Origin: Pseudomonadota bacterium
GTDB taxonomy: Bacteria; Pseudomonadota; Gammaproteobacteria; Ga0077536
Assembly (NCBI GenBank): GCA_036130055.1
Contig: JAYYOR010000005.1
Coordinates: 2,533 to 66,532 of the forward strand
DNA length: 64,000 nt
Direction: 5' to 3'
Numbering within the stretch: position 1 is the stretch's first letter; the number at the start of each line of letters is the position of its first letter. Under the pieces are notes generated by a model. The model saw nothing but the letters and a program-made list of their open reading frames with translations, did no database searches and had not been told where the DNA came from. This document shows positions 10,438-19,590 of this stretch, piece after piece. Both the position numbers and the translations under genes were made by a program.

Positions 10438-12252
10438 CTATTGCTGACGCCTACGGGCTCTCTCCTCTCTGGTAGCATCAAAGTCAACTGAGAGAGAATT
10501 CTGATCTGATTTTAAGATAACTCCATAAACTTCAGAGGCTCTTTCCGCAGTTTCCCATCTTTGCTCAACGTCTTTCAAAACCCTAGCAGGATCCCTGTCT
10601 AAAGGATCACCATAACCTCCGCCGCCTGCATCAAATCCTTGAATCCACTCGCCCGGTTTTAATTCGCATTCAGCTACTCCCGGTAATTTCTCTTTGGTGC
10701 CGCAGGCTTTTATTTTGTATGTTTGAGCTGGCGGACCAGAGTGGCCACCTTGCACACCTTGTGGCGCATTTATGTGAGCGTCACACATTGTGACAACAGT
10801 CATGGGATCAAATCTAGGACCATACATAACGTCAGCACCTGGGGCTCCACGAAACTCGCCGGCTCCACCACCACCTGGGATCACACGCATATGCTTGACC
10901 AAAATAGGATGTTTAGATTCCTCGACCTCTACAGAACCTCTGTACATTAACCCCGCTGCAACCGGCAGACCGTAATTCAACCAGCCATCTGATGTTGGAG
11001 TACCGGGGCCGCCGTTTACCACAAGCCACTCCTGGTTGATATAAGGCGCTCCTCCAAAGCGTCTATCCTTTCCCGATATCACCGCAGCACCTATGCCCAT
11101 ACCCATACTGCCCTCAGCCAGACCATATCCTTTTCCGAACTCAGCAAATGCCGCTTGAGTTGCGTTAACAATTCTATCGCCAATATTTGTAGTCGCCATC
11201 GAACAACTCATTGGAAACTCAGGAATTCCAGTAACGCATCCCTCTCGTAGTTTAACGGAAACTCTTTTAAAACTTCCGGCGTTATGAGGCACGTCAGAAT
11301 CAATACAGTTAAACACACCACAAAGTGCATTGCTTGTCGCGCATGCAACCGACTCGTTCAGCCCAAATTCCTTGCTATCTTCATTTTTCGTGAGATCAAC
11401 TTCGATTTTTGCATTTTCTGGGTCAATTTCAACTGATACATTTATGGGCAAACCAACGGGAAGAGTTGGTTCCATAGGATCGTATACGGTTGTCTTACTA
11501 ACGGTACCAGATGGAAGCTTTTTGATAGCTTCAATCATTCTTTTTTCAGAGTAATTAAACCAATCCTCAATAAATTGCTTAATTTCTTCTTTGCCATACC
11601 GACTCACCAATTCTTTGAGTCTTCTTTCTCCTATCCTGGCCGCTCCAACAGTAGCAAGATAATCCCCATACCATTGATCTGGAACTCTAATACGCCTGCG
11701 ACACATTCGGATTATGTCCTCCACATCCTCGTAATTTTCCTGCACTTTTACACACGGAAAAATTAAAGCCCCTTCTTCGTAAACATCTTTGGCATAAGCA
11801 TGATAGGTGCTCGGAATAGAATTACCGCAATCGGCCTGATGAGCTTTCGCACAAGCAGTAAACATATGCTCACCATCAACAAAAACTGGAACCATATACA
11901 TGTGGTCTGCGGCATGAGTGTTCCCCATATATACATCATTATGCAAAAATGCATCTCCCTCTTTCAGATTAGGGTGCGTTTCAAGCAATGATGCTGTTTG
12001 CAAACTGCTTCCAAATATATGAACAGGGACTCCTTCACCTGGTGCTAAAAGTCTATTATCAGCAGTTACCAGTGAACAAGAAAAGTCTCTCACCACGGCC
12101 AGGACGGCTGAACGTGCCGTTCTTAATAAAGTGTTTGTCATCTCACCGACGATCGCATTTAAACGGTTTGCCAAGATCGCCATAAGAATGGGATCGGTTT
12201 TATAATTTCTTTCGGATGAGCTAGATGGCATTAGAACTCCTTTTATTAACAA
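10438..12252 (-). CDS. hyuB: Hydantoinase B / oxoprolinase family protein (HyuB; acetone-carboxylase-family subunit)
   Basis: Typical HyuB N-terminus (DPILMAILANRLNAIVGEMTNTLLRTARSAVLAVVRDFSCSL…) and length of about 600 aa. Confidence 0.8.
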   Translation of the reverse strand: MLIKGVLMPSSSSERNYKTDPILMAILANRLNAIVGEMTNTLLRTARSAVLAVVRDFSCSLVTADNRLLAPGEGVPVHIFGSSLQTASLLETHPNLKEGDAFLHNDVYMGNTHAADHMYMVPVFVDGEHMFTACAKAHQADCGNSIPSTYHAYAKDVYEEGALIFPCVKVQENYEDVEDIIRMCRRRIRVPDQWYGDYLATVGAARIGERRLKELVSRYGKEEIKQFIEDWFNYSEKRMIEAIKKLPSGTVSKTTVYDPMEPTLPVGLPINVSVEIDPENAKIEVDLTKNEDSKEFGLNESVACATSNALCGVFNCIDSDVPHNAGSFKRVSVKLREGCVTGIPEFPMSCSMATTNIGDRIVNATQAAFAEFGKGYGLAEGSMGMGIGAAVISGKDRRFGGAPYINQEWLVVNGGPGTPTSDGWLNYGLPVAAGLMYRGSVEVEESKHPILVKHMRVIPGGGGAGEFRGAPGADVMYGPRFDPMTVVTMCDAHINAPQGVQGGHSGPPAQTYKIKACGTKEKLPGVAECELKPGEWIQGFDAGGGGYGDPLDRDPARVLKDVEQRWETAERASEVYGVILKSDQNSLSVDFDATREERARRRQQ

Positions 12253-12334
12253 AGAAAGATAATTACATAAGTATAATACGAATGTAACGAATTCAGTAGT
12301 GTTACCAAAGCAATAATTAAAAGACGAAGAAAAA

Positions 12335-13165
12335 TTATTCCTTTTGAAGCGCCTCTATTCTTTTGGATAGAGGCGGGTGAGTTGATAATAGTTCATTCAT
12401 TCCACCACTGATTGCAAATGCTTCAACTTCTTTTGGTAAAGCTTCAGATGAGCCTAAAGACTCCAGTTTTTTTAACGCTTTTATCATTTTATCCTTTCCA
12501 GCTAGCGTAGCTCCGCCAGAATCCGCTCGATATTCCCTAAATCTACTAAACCACATCAACACAAGTGAAGCTAAGAATCCCAGTATACTTTGAGCAATAA
12601 AATAACCGATAAAGTAACCCATTCCTCGTCCCCTGCCTTTATCTATCAAAGCAGCCAATAAATGAGCAAAAACCATAACAAAAGTATTCATCACACCTTG
12701 AAGTAAAGTAAGTGTAACCATGTCTCCATTCGCCACGTGACTAACCTCATGGGCTAAAACTGCCTCGATTTCGTCTCGATCCATAGTATGAAGTAAGCCC
12801 GTGCTTACCGCTACAAGAGATTTATCTCTGCTTGCACCGGTGGCAAACGCATTAGGAGCTTGAGACTCGAAGATAGCGAATTGAGGCGTCTCTATGCCAG
12901 AAGATTTGGCCTGTTCTGAAACTTGACTTACCAACCATTTTTCAATTTCATTTTGAGGTGTCTCGATTATTCGTGCGCCCACACTTCTTATAGCCATAGA
13001 TTTTGACATCATTAGCGATATGAATGCCCCTCCAAATCCGAAAATTGAGGCAAATATTATCAAACCTAAATGATTTCCTGTTCCACCAAGGCCAAATAGA
13101 CTAAGAACGATACTTAGAACGAACATTACCGCAAGATTCGTAATTAAAAACAATCCTATTCTCAT
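12335..13165 (-). CDS. htpX: Zinc metalloprotease HtpX
   Basis: HEXXH motif (HEVSHV); N-terminal TM helices; size and architecture of the M48 peptidase HtpX. Confidence 0.85.
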   Translation of the reverse strand: MRIGLFLITNLAVMFVLSIVLSLFGLGGTGNHLGLIIFASIFGFGGAFISLMMSKSMAIRSVGARIIETPQNEIEKWLVSQVSEQAKSSGIETPQFAIFESQAPNAFATGASRDKSLVAVSTGLLHTMDRDEIEAVLAHEVSHVANGDMVTLTLLQGVMNTFVMVFAHLLAALIDKGRGRGMGYFIGYFIAQSILGFLASLVLMWFSRFREYRADSGGATLAGKDKMIKALKKLESLGSSEALPKEVEAFAISGGMNELLSTHPPLSKRIEALQKE

Positions 13166-13201
13166 TTAAAATGCTCCATATAATGAAAGTTTGGGAATAA
13201 C

Positions 13202-14533
13202 CTATCTATCTATTCTAATTCTAACAGTTGTACCCTTGGTGAGTTCACTCTCTAAATCGAGATACCATCCAAATCTATCTATAATTCTTTTTACTAAGTT
13301 TAGTCCGATCCCGTTACCTCGAGCAAAAGATGGCGGCGTATTATCATGCATTACTTCAAACAGTTGTTCTCTAGTCATGCCGATTCCACTATCGGAAACG
13401 GAAACACTATTTCCGCTAACTTTTACCACAACGCTACCTGAATCCGTGTACACGAATGCATTACGGATAATATTGCCAAAAATTATCGAGACGAGCTTTG
13501 GGGAATTATTAGTTACGAGAATTGTGTCTTCTTCCAAATTATACTCCAAAAGTTTGTCTCCAAAGATCAGTGAGCAGTTAGATATTTCCTGCTTAATAAT
13601 GTCATTAATAATGACTTCCTCTTTAATTAAAGCACCCTCATAGTCTCTCGCAAGAAGTAAAAGTACTTCTGTAAGTTCTTCCATATCAGTGCTTGCTCGC
13701 TCTATTTTTTCCACCAGAGACTTCTGAGCTTCGTTAAACGGGCGCTGCTTTTTTAGTGAGGAGAGCGCTATTTTAATTACTGTGAGTGGTGTACGCAATT
13801 CATGACTCGCTTCTCTTGTAAACGTACGTTCTCTTTCTATGGATGTATCAACTTTTCGAAGCAAATCATCAATAGCGCCCGCAAGCTGAAGGGTTTCCAA
13901 ATTGAGACGGCGAAATTTGAATTTTTCAAGAAACGCGTCTATTTGTGGTCTATCCAAGTCAATATTTTTTACAGTGCGAGCCAAAAGGATGACGGGGGAA
14001 ACTGCCCTTTGAATTAACACGTAAGTGGCCCAAGCGGAACTATATAAAAAAACTAATAAAATTGCTAAGGGGATAATACCAAAATAAGTAGCAAGTTCTC
14101 CAACATTATCCGCATCAAAAACTAGATATAAACGCGCATCTTGGTTTTCACTAACATGCACCACACCTCGATTGACCGGCGAGACAAAATCGTGAATACC
14201 GGGATCAAGGCCGTCGAACTCAGCCGGAACTTCTACACTATCTTTAGTGAATAAGTATCCGATCAAAGTATTGGTATTCGGAGGGGGAGTTTCTCGGTCA
14301 ATAGAGCTTCTTGACCAAAAATATTCTGCCTCTCTTTTTAAAGCTGAGACAATTAAGACTTCCCTTATAGCGAATTCCGCGATGTAAACTCCACCAACCG
14401 CAACGATACTAATAATTGTAAGTTGCAAAAGAAAAGCGCGTAATAAACTTTTATTGAGAGGATTTTCTTTCTTCATCAAGAGCTTCAAGTTTCCAACCGA
14501 CACTCGGAATAGTATGAATGAGTGGTCTTTCAA
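13202..14533 (-). CDS. Sensor histidine kinase (two TM helices and a periplasmic loop). The true start is probably at the internal MKKEN Met near 14476.
   Basis: H-box HELRTPL; C-terminal HATPase N/G-box motifs (NAFVYT, DSGIGM); two hydrophobic segments flank a roughly 100-aa loop. Confidence 0.8.
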   Translation of the reverse strand: MKDHSFILFRVSVGNLKLLMKKENPLNKSLLRAFLLQLTIISIVAVGGVYIAEFAIREVLIVSALKREAEYFWSRSSIDRETPPPNTNTLIGYLFTKDSVEVPAEFDGLDPGIHDFVSPVNRGVVHVSENQDARLYLVFDADNVGELATYFGIIPLAILLVFLYSSAWATYVLIQRAVSPVILLARTVKNIDLDRPQIDAFLEKFKFRRLNLETLQLAGAIDDLLRKVDTSIERERTFTREASHELRTPLTVIKIALSSLKKQRPFNEAQKSLVEKIERASTDMEELTEVLLLLARDYEGALIKEEVIINDIIKQEISNCSLIFGDKLLEYNLEEDTILVTNNSPKLVSIIFGNIIRNAFVYTDSGSVVVKVSGNSVSVSDSGIGMTREQLFEVMHDNTPPSFARGNGIGLNLVKRIIDRFGWYLDLESELTKGTTVRIRIDR

Positions 14534-15155
14534 AAGGCTTATCGACAGATTTCCTTAAAGCGTATATATGACTTCGTAGCGCGTCACTATCTGGTGGCGA
14601 GTCATTCCAAATAAATTTTTCAATTTCTTTTTTGTGAACAACTCCGGGAGACTCACTCATCAAAATAGAAAGAATCTTTCTGCAAATCGGTGTTAGCGTA
14701 ATTTCTTTACTATCTCTAACGACGCTTTGGGTGCTTTGACTAAAAGTTAGATCGGCTACCTGCAATATTTGGTTAACACCCTTTCCCTGCGTTCTTCTGA
14801 TCAAAGCTTTCAATCTTGCAGACAACTCTTCCAAATCAAAGGGTTTAAGCAGGTAGTCATCTGCCCCTACATCAAATCCCTGAAGTTTGTCTTCTAAAGT
14901 ATCCCGAGCGGTTAACATTAGAATAGGGCAAGTAACATCGTTTTCTACTCTGAGCTTCTTACAAACGGTTAAGCCATCAATGCCCGGTAACATAACGTCC
15001 AGCACTATGGCGTCATAAGAGTTCTCCCTACCAAGGTTATACCCTAAATTGCCGTTATCTGCGTAATCAATAACAAAGTTGTCCCGCTCGAGATGTTCTG
15101 CAACCATTTCTGCAATGTCTCTGTGATCTTCTACAAGTAAAATTTCATGCGACAT
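14451..15155 (-). CDS. OmpR-family response regulator, trimmed from the listed ORF to the MSHEILLVEDH start
   Basis: Receiver-domain residues (LLVEDH…D in VLDVMLPGIDG…K) and a winged-helix OmpR/PhoB-type C-terminus. The listed ORF carries a 40-codon N-terminal extension with no similarity. ATG chosen at 15153-15155. Confidence 0.85.
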   Translation of the reverse strand: MSHEILLVEDHRDIAEMVAEHLERDNFVIDYADNGNLGYNLGRENSYDAIVLDVMLPGIDGLTVCKKLRVENDVTCPILMLTARDTLEDKLQGFDVGADDYLLKPFDLEELSARLKALIRRTQGKGVNQILQVADLTFSQSTQSVVRDSKEITLTPICRKILSILMSESPGVVHKKEIEKFIWNDSPPDSDALRSHIYALRKSVDKPFERPLIHTIPSVGWKLEALDEERKSSQ

Positions 15156-15162
15156 AATTTTC

Positions 15163-16035
15163 CTAACTCGACAACTTGCCGCTTTTAATAAATTTAACCG
15201 TTGAATCAAAATTAATGATTGATTCATCAATCCAATGAAACATCCATGTTGCACCAATATTCTTAAAATCAGCAACCGGGGTTCCTTTAACTTTCTCCTG
15301 CCCCAATATTACACTCGCAACATAATCATATTGTGATGATTGCTGGGGCCCAAGATTTTTTTTTCCATATTCTATTACTTTCTCGAATTCTTGGTACGAA
15401 GGTAACCAGTGATTCCAACCTGGATTAACTACATCTTCTGATGGCCTTGAGACTGGGAAAACTCCGTTCCAATTCATAGAGCGCTTAAGTCCTGCAGTAG
15501 CTGGTAAAGTTGCAGCTATCCAAATTGGAAATCTAGGCTTTTGATATGCTATTGGATTAAATTGAACGTTATCTACTTTATAGTAATCACCCTGGAACTC
15601 AACTTTTTGTCCTGATGACAACCGGTCTATCAACGTTAAACTTTCATCAACCTTTTTCGCTCTTACCTTTGCTGACGAGTCTTCACCGAAAGCTGTGAAT
15701 TCAAACTCAGGCGGCTCACCCAGCCCTGCGCCAAAAATAACTCTCCCTTTGCTAAGATGATCAAGGGAAACTAGTTCTCGTGAGACTTTCCAAGGACGTC
15801 TTCTAGCCAATGGAGTCACAATAGGGCCCAGCGAGATCTTACTAGTGGCTGAGGCAATCGCTGCTAGCGCTACTATCGGGTCAACAGTATCCAACGCCTC
15901 ATTTCCAGTTATATTTATATGGTCCCAGAGGAAGAAACCGTCGAACCCAGAATTTTCCGCGAGTACCGCAAGCTCAACCAACTTATTAACGCACCCAAAA
16001 CTTCCAAAATTAGGGGAATAAACGGCATTTTTCAT
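15163..16035 (-). CDS. LLM-class (luciferase-like) flavin-dependent oxidoreductase, short form
   Basis: N-terminal luciferase-like monooxygenase pattern (…LAENSGFDGFFLWDH…). Confidence 0.7.
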   Translation of the reverse strand: MKNAVYSPNFGSFGCVNKLVELAVLAENSGFDGFFLWDHINITGNEALDTVDPIVALAAIASATSKISLGPIVTPLARRRPWKVSRELVSLDHLSKGRVIFGAGLGEPPEFEFTAFGEDSSAKVRAKKVDESLTLIDRLSSGQKVEFQGDYYKVDNVQFNPIAYQKPRFPIWIAATLPATAGLKRSMNWNGVFPVSRPSEDVVNPGWNHWLPSYQEFEKVIEYGKKNLGPQQSSQYDYVASVILGQEKVKGTPVADFKNIGATWMFHWIDESIINFDSTVKFIKSGKLSS

Positions 16036-16076
16036 GAATACTTTTTCCCTATTTTTTTACTAATTTAAAAATGAGT

Positions 16077-17309
16077 CTATCCCGCAGAGGCACTCTCCAC
16101 TCTTGTCAAATTTGATGGTTTGATTTTATCAGTAAACTCTGGCCAAACTTTTTCTGTTAACAACTCAAGACTTCTCATCAATGGCTTATGCGGCATGTGG
16201 TTGTAAATGAAGTGCCAAAAGTAGTCAACCGGATAAGTTTTCAATTCTTTTTCTAACTTTTTACATACCGTAGACGGACTACCATGAATACAAAGCCCTG
16301 CTTCAGACAATGATTCAAATGTGGCAGGCTTATCCCAAGGGCCTTGACCTGGATCAGCAATTGCCGCCCCGAATCCAAAAGGTACAAAAAAATTATTCCA
16401 TATAAATGAGCCAGCTTCTCGCGCAAGAGCCTCCGCCTCTTGGTCAGTATCCGCTACAATAATCTCTCGAGTGATCGCCATACCCCCGCCAAATTTCAGA
16501 TTTCGACCAGCAGCGGCAGCCGCCTCTTGACCGGCTCTAAAATGAGGGACGCAAATTTCAGGATGAGTAATGATAGTAATAGGCACGACATTTCTTTCCA
16601 TAGCCCATTTTATAGAACGTTCAGAGGTTGCAAAGGGCATAAACATATCCAACATTTTGTCTTCGTATAAGCCAGGTGCTATGCCAACTTGTCGAATTAT
16701 CCCGTCCTGATCGCATCCCTTTCCGTATTTATGAGCCACGTCTTTGGCTATCCAATTGATATTATCAGTCGGAATATTCCAATGTTTTCCTTTGTGCTCA
16801 AAAACATCGTTTTTCCATGCTTTCATTATAATTTCGAAGTGCTCCTCGAAAAGCTCCCTTTTTAATATTTCATAATCCTCACCTTCCGCAGGTTCGGCTA
16901 GGCCCGCTTTCTGGCCAATGACATTTACCCATCTAGGCTGATAACCCCTAGCAAACCCGGCGAATGCTCTACCCTTATTCATCTGGGACATCATTGCTAT
17001 ATCTTCAGCTAAATTAATTGGATTTCGAGACGGTAGTACGTTTCCGAGTTGACCAAATTTCATATTTTTGGTCTTGCTTCCGAAATAAACATTAAGCATT
17101 ACAGGGTTAGTGGATACCTCTTCACCCTCAACATGAAAATGATGCTCCGTGGTACCACAACCGTAGTACCCGTGTTCATCCGCATATTGGAGCTGCTCTG
17201 TTATTTCTTTCAACATTTCCTGGTAAAGGTCGGTACGTTTTCCTGCCATACCGGCCTCTATATCTTTTTTGCGCCCCACAGACGGTAAATAAAAAAGTCC
17301 TACCTCCAT
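16077..17309 (-). CDS. LLM-class flavin-dependent monooxygenase (SsuD/LuxA-like TIM barrel)
   Basis: 410 aa with a luciferase-like monooxygenase N-terminal signature (MEVGLFYLP…ADEHGYYGCGTTEHHF…). Confidence 0.7.
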   Translation of the reverse strand: MEVGLFYLPSVGRKKDIEAGMAGKRTDLYQEMLKEITEQLQYADEHGYYGCGTTEHHFHVEGEEVSTNPVMLNVYFGSKTKNMKFGQLGNVLPSRNPINLAEDIAMMSQMNKGRAFAGFARGYQPRWVNVIGQKAGLAEPAEGEDYEILKRELFEEHFEIIMKAWKNDVFEHKGKHWNIPTDNINWIAKDVAHKYGKGCDQDGIIRQVGIAPGLYEDKMLDMFMPFATSERSIKWAMERNVVPITIITHPEICVPHFRAGQEAAAAAGRNLKFGGGMAITREIIVADTDQEAEALAREAGSFIWNNFFVPFGFGAAIADPGQGPWDKPATFESLSEAGLCIHGSPSTVCKKLEKELKTYPVDYFWHFIYNHMPHKPLMRSLELLTEKVWPEFTDKIKPSNLTRVESASAG

Positions 17310-17443
17310 TATGAAATCCTCCGTGTCTCCTCAGTTTTGCAAAGCTTTCCTGAACCACCCCGAATATCACTACTATAAACGGTAAACGTCGCTCCAGTCT
17401 ATAAGAAATTCTCCTAACTATCATTAAAAACTAACAAAAATCG

Positions 17444-17836
17444 TTAGATTTTGGCCGCTACTGCCTCGACCTCAAACCTCCACTCCTTTTTAACTAGAGC
17501 TTTTACAAGCACCGCTGTAGAAGCAGGTCGCGAATCACCCAAAAACTTGGCTCGACTACTAGCAAAAAAAGGATAATCATCTTCGTTAATAAGATAAGCC
17601 GTTATTTTCACAATATCCTCAGGCTCCATATTGGCAGCCTTTACACATTGAATGAGATTATCCCATGCTTTATCAGACTCAAGCTGAGGGTCATCTGGCA
17701 ACGTCCCATCAGAATTTAGACCAATTTGTCCTGAGATATATAAAATATTTGCATTAGACGGAATTACTACGCAATGGTGATAAGCATTATTAAACGGTTT
17801 CACTATTGTGCTCGGATTAAATTTTTTTATTGTCAT
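17444..17836 (-). CDS. RidA/YjgF-family reactive-intermediate (enamine/imine) deaminase
   Basis: 130 aa with the characteristic RidA pattern (…HHCVVIPSNANILYISGQIGL…). Confidence 0.8.
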   Translation of the reverse strand: MTIKKFNPSTIVKPFNNAYHHCVVIPSNANILYISGQIGLNSDGTLPDDPQLESDKAWDNLIQCVKAANMEPEDIVKITAYLINEDDYPFFASSRAKFLGDSRPASTAVLVKALVKKEWRFEVEAVAAKI

Positions 17837-17993
17837 TATTATTACCTCTTTATATTAATACTTATGCTCACATGAAAAATTTATTTTTTTAATTATGGTA
17901 AACTTTTTTACTCGCTCCGTGGTATTTTAAAGACTGAACCATGTCAATTCTGTATACATTAGAATGACGAAAAAGTAAAAGGAGATCTTCATT

Positions 17994-18755
17994 ATGATTT
18001 CACTCAAAGACAAAGTAATTTTCGTCGCCGGCGGAAGCACAGGAATCGGCAGAGCCACGTCTCAAATTCTCTGTAAGAATGGTGCTAAAGTAATTATTGG
18101 AGATACCAATAAACAAGAAGGTGAAAATTTTTCGAAAGAGATGTCCTCTGTGGGAAATACTGTCGACTTTCATCTATTAGACGTTACAGATCTTGAAAGC
18201 GTGACAAACTGTTTAAACCAAATCATTAATAAATTCGGCAGGCTAGATGGTGCCTTCAATAACGCGGGTATAGAGGGCCCAACGGCAAAATCGTCTGACT
18301 ATAAGATAGATTCATGGCACAAAGTTTTGGGTATAAACCTGACAGGTGTTTTTAATTGCGCCAAAGCAGAAATTGATGTAATGATTAGTCAAAACAAACC
18401 TTGTAGCATTGTAAATACTGCCTCGATCGCTGGCTTGGTCGCGATTCCTGGTGCAGTCGGTTACAATAGTGCAAAACATGGAGTAATAGGTTTAACGAAA
18501 ACTTTAGCCTTAGAATTAGCGACAAAAAATATTCGGGTAAATGCAGTATGCCCAGGCTTTACGGAAAGTCCAATGCTAAATAGAGTAGCTGGAGCAAGTA
18601 AAAAAATCAGAGAGCAACTTTTTAAAAGCATTCCTATGGAACGTATAGCAAAACCCGAGGAAGTTGGAAATGCCGTCGCTTGGCTGTTATCTGACGAATC
18701 AAGCTATATTACAGGCATCGCTCTCCCTGTGGATGGGGGCTGGATGGCCCAATAA
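17994..18755 (+). CDS. SDR-family NAD(P)-dependent oxidoreductase
   Basis: TGxxxGxG (GGSTGIGRA), NNAG, and the catalytic YxxxK (YNSAKHG). A good RBS (AAGGAG) lies 8 nt upstream. Confidence 0.85.
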   Translation: MISLKDKVIFVAGGSTGIGRATSQILCKNGAKVIIGDTNKQEGENFSKEMSSVGNTVDFHLLDVTDLESVTNCLNQIINKFGRLDGAFNNAGIEGPTAKSSDYKIDSWHKVLGINLTGVFNCAKAEIDVMISQNKPCSIVNTASIAGLVAIPGAVGYNSAKHGVIGLTKTLALELATKNIRVNAVCPGFTESPMLNRVAGASKKIREQLFKSIPMERIAKPEEVGNAVAWLLSDESSYITGIALPVDGGWMAQ

Positions 18756-18776
18756 AGTTTTAAAAGGGATTGGTTT

Positions 18777-19583
18777 ATGGCGTCAAAAGATAATAAAACT
18801 AGGCTTGCTAAAATAGAGCCCTACTATGAGGCTTTAGGCGATGAAACAGAAGTCTTTACTTCTGCATACAACAATAAATTGCCGATACTTCTTAAAGGGC
18901 CTACGGGTTGTGGGAAAACTAGATTCGTGGAATATATGGCCTGGCGGCTGAAGCAAAGACTGATCACGGTAGCTTGTCATGATGATTTAACCTCGTCAGA
19001 TTTAATAGGCAGATATCTAGTAAAAGGAGGTCAAACAGAGTGGATTGATGGCCCACTAACCGAATCCGTGAGAAATGGTCATATATGTTATCTTGACGAA
19101 ATAGTCGAGGCTAGAAAAGACACAACTGTAGTCATTCATCCTCTTTGTGATGATCGAAGAATCCTGCCTATTGAAAAATTAGGAGAATTTCTAACCGCTC
19201 CCAGCGAGTTTTCCCTTGTCATCTCGTACAATCCAGGATACCAGTCAATTCTGAAAGATCTAAAAGCAAGCACGAGGCAAAGGTTCGTTGCCATAGAGTT
19301 TAATTATCCTACTGCAGAGATAGAATTAAAAATCTTGATGACAGAGAGTGAGATAAGTAAAGAAAATGGTGAAAAATTAATAAAATTTGGGCAAATGACA
19401 AGAAATTTAAAAGAGGCAGGTTTAGAGGAAGGAGCGAGCACAAGGTTGCTCGTAAATGCTGCAAAATTGATAGGAAGTGGTATCACACCAGATACGGCCA
19501 CGAATACCGCGATTGCTTTACCGTTAACTGATGATCCTGAGATGCTTTCTGCCTTGAATGAACTAAGTAGCTCGATTTTCTAA
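18777..19583 (+). CDS. MoxR-class AAA+ ATPase of the NorQ/CbbQ/NirQ type
   Basis: Walker A (LKGPTGCGKT), Walker B (ICYLDEIVEA), a length of 268 aa as in CbbQ/NorQ, and a partner VWA gene 8 nt downstream. Confidence 0.8.
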   Translation: MASKDNKTRLAKIEPYYEALGDETEVFTSAYNNKLPILLKGPTGCGKTRFVEYMAWRLKQRLITVACHDDLTSSDLIGRYLVKGGQTEWIDGPLTESVRNGHICYLDEIVEARKDTTVVIHPLCDDRRILPIEKLGEFLTAPSEFSLVISYNPGYQSILKDLKASTRQRFVAIEFNYPTAEIELKILMTESEISKENGEKLIKFGQMTRNLKEAGLEEGASTRLLVNAAKLIGSGITPDTATNTAIALPLTDDPEMLSALNELSSSIF

Positions 19584-19590
19584 TCCATAA

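Noticed and set aside
14451-15275. Listed 274-aa response regulator ORF with a 40-codon N-terminal extension
   Set aside because: The receiver domain starts at MSHEILLVEDH and the extension has no similarity, so the start was trimmed to 15155. It is not a novel N-terminal domain.
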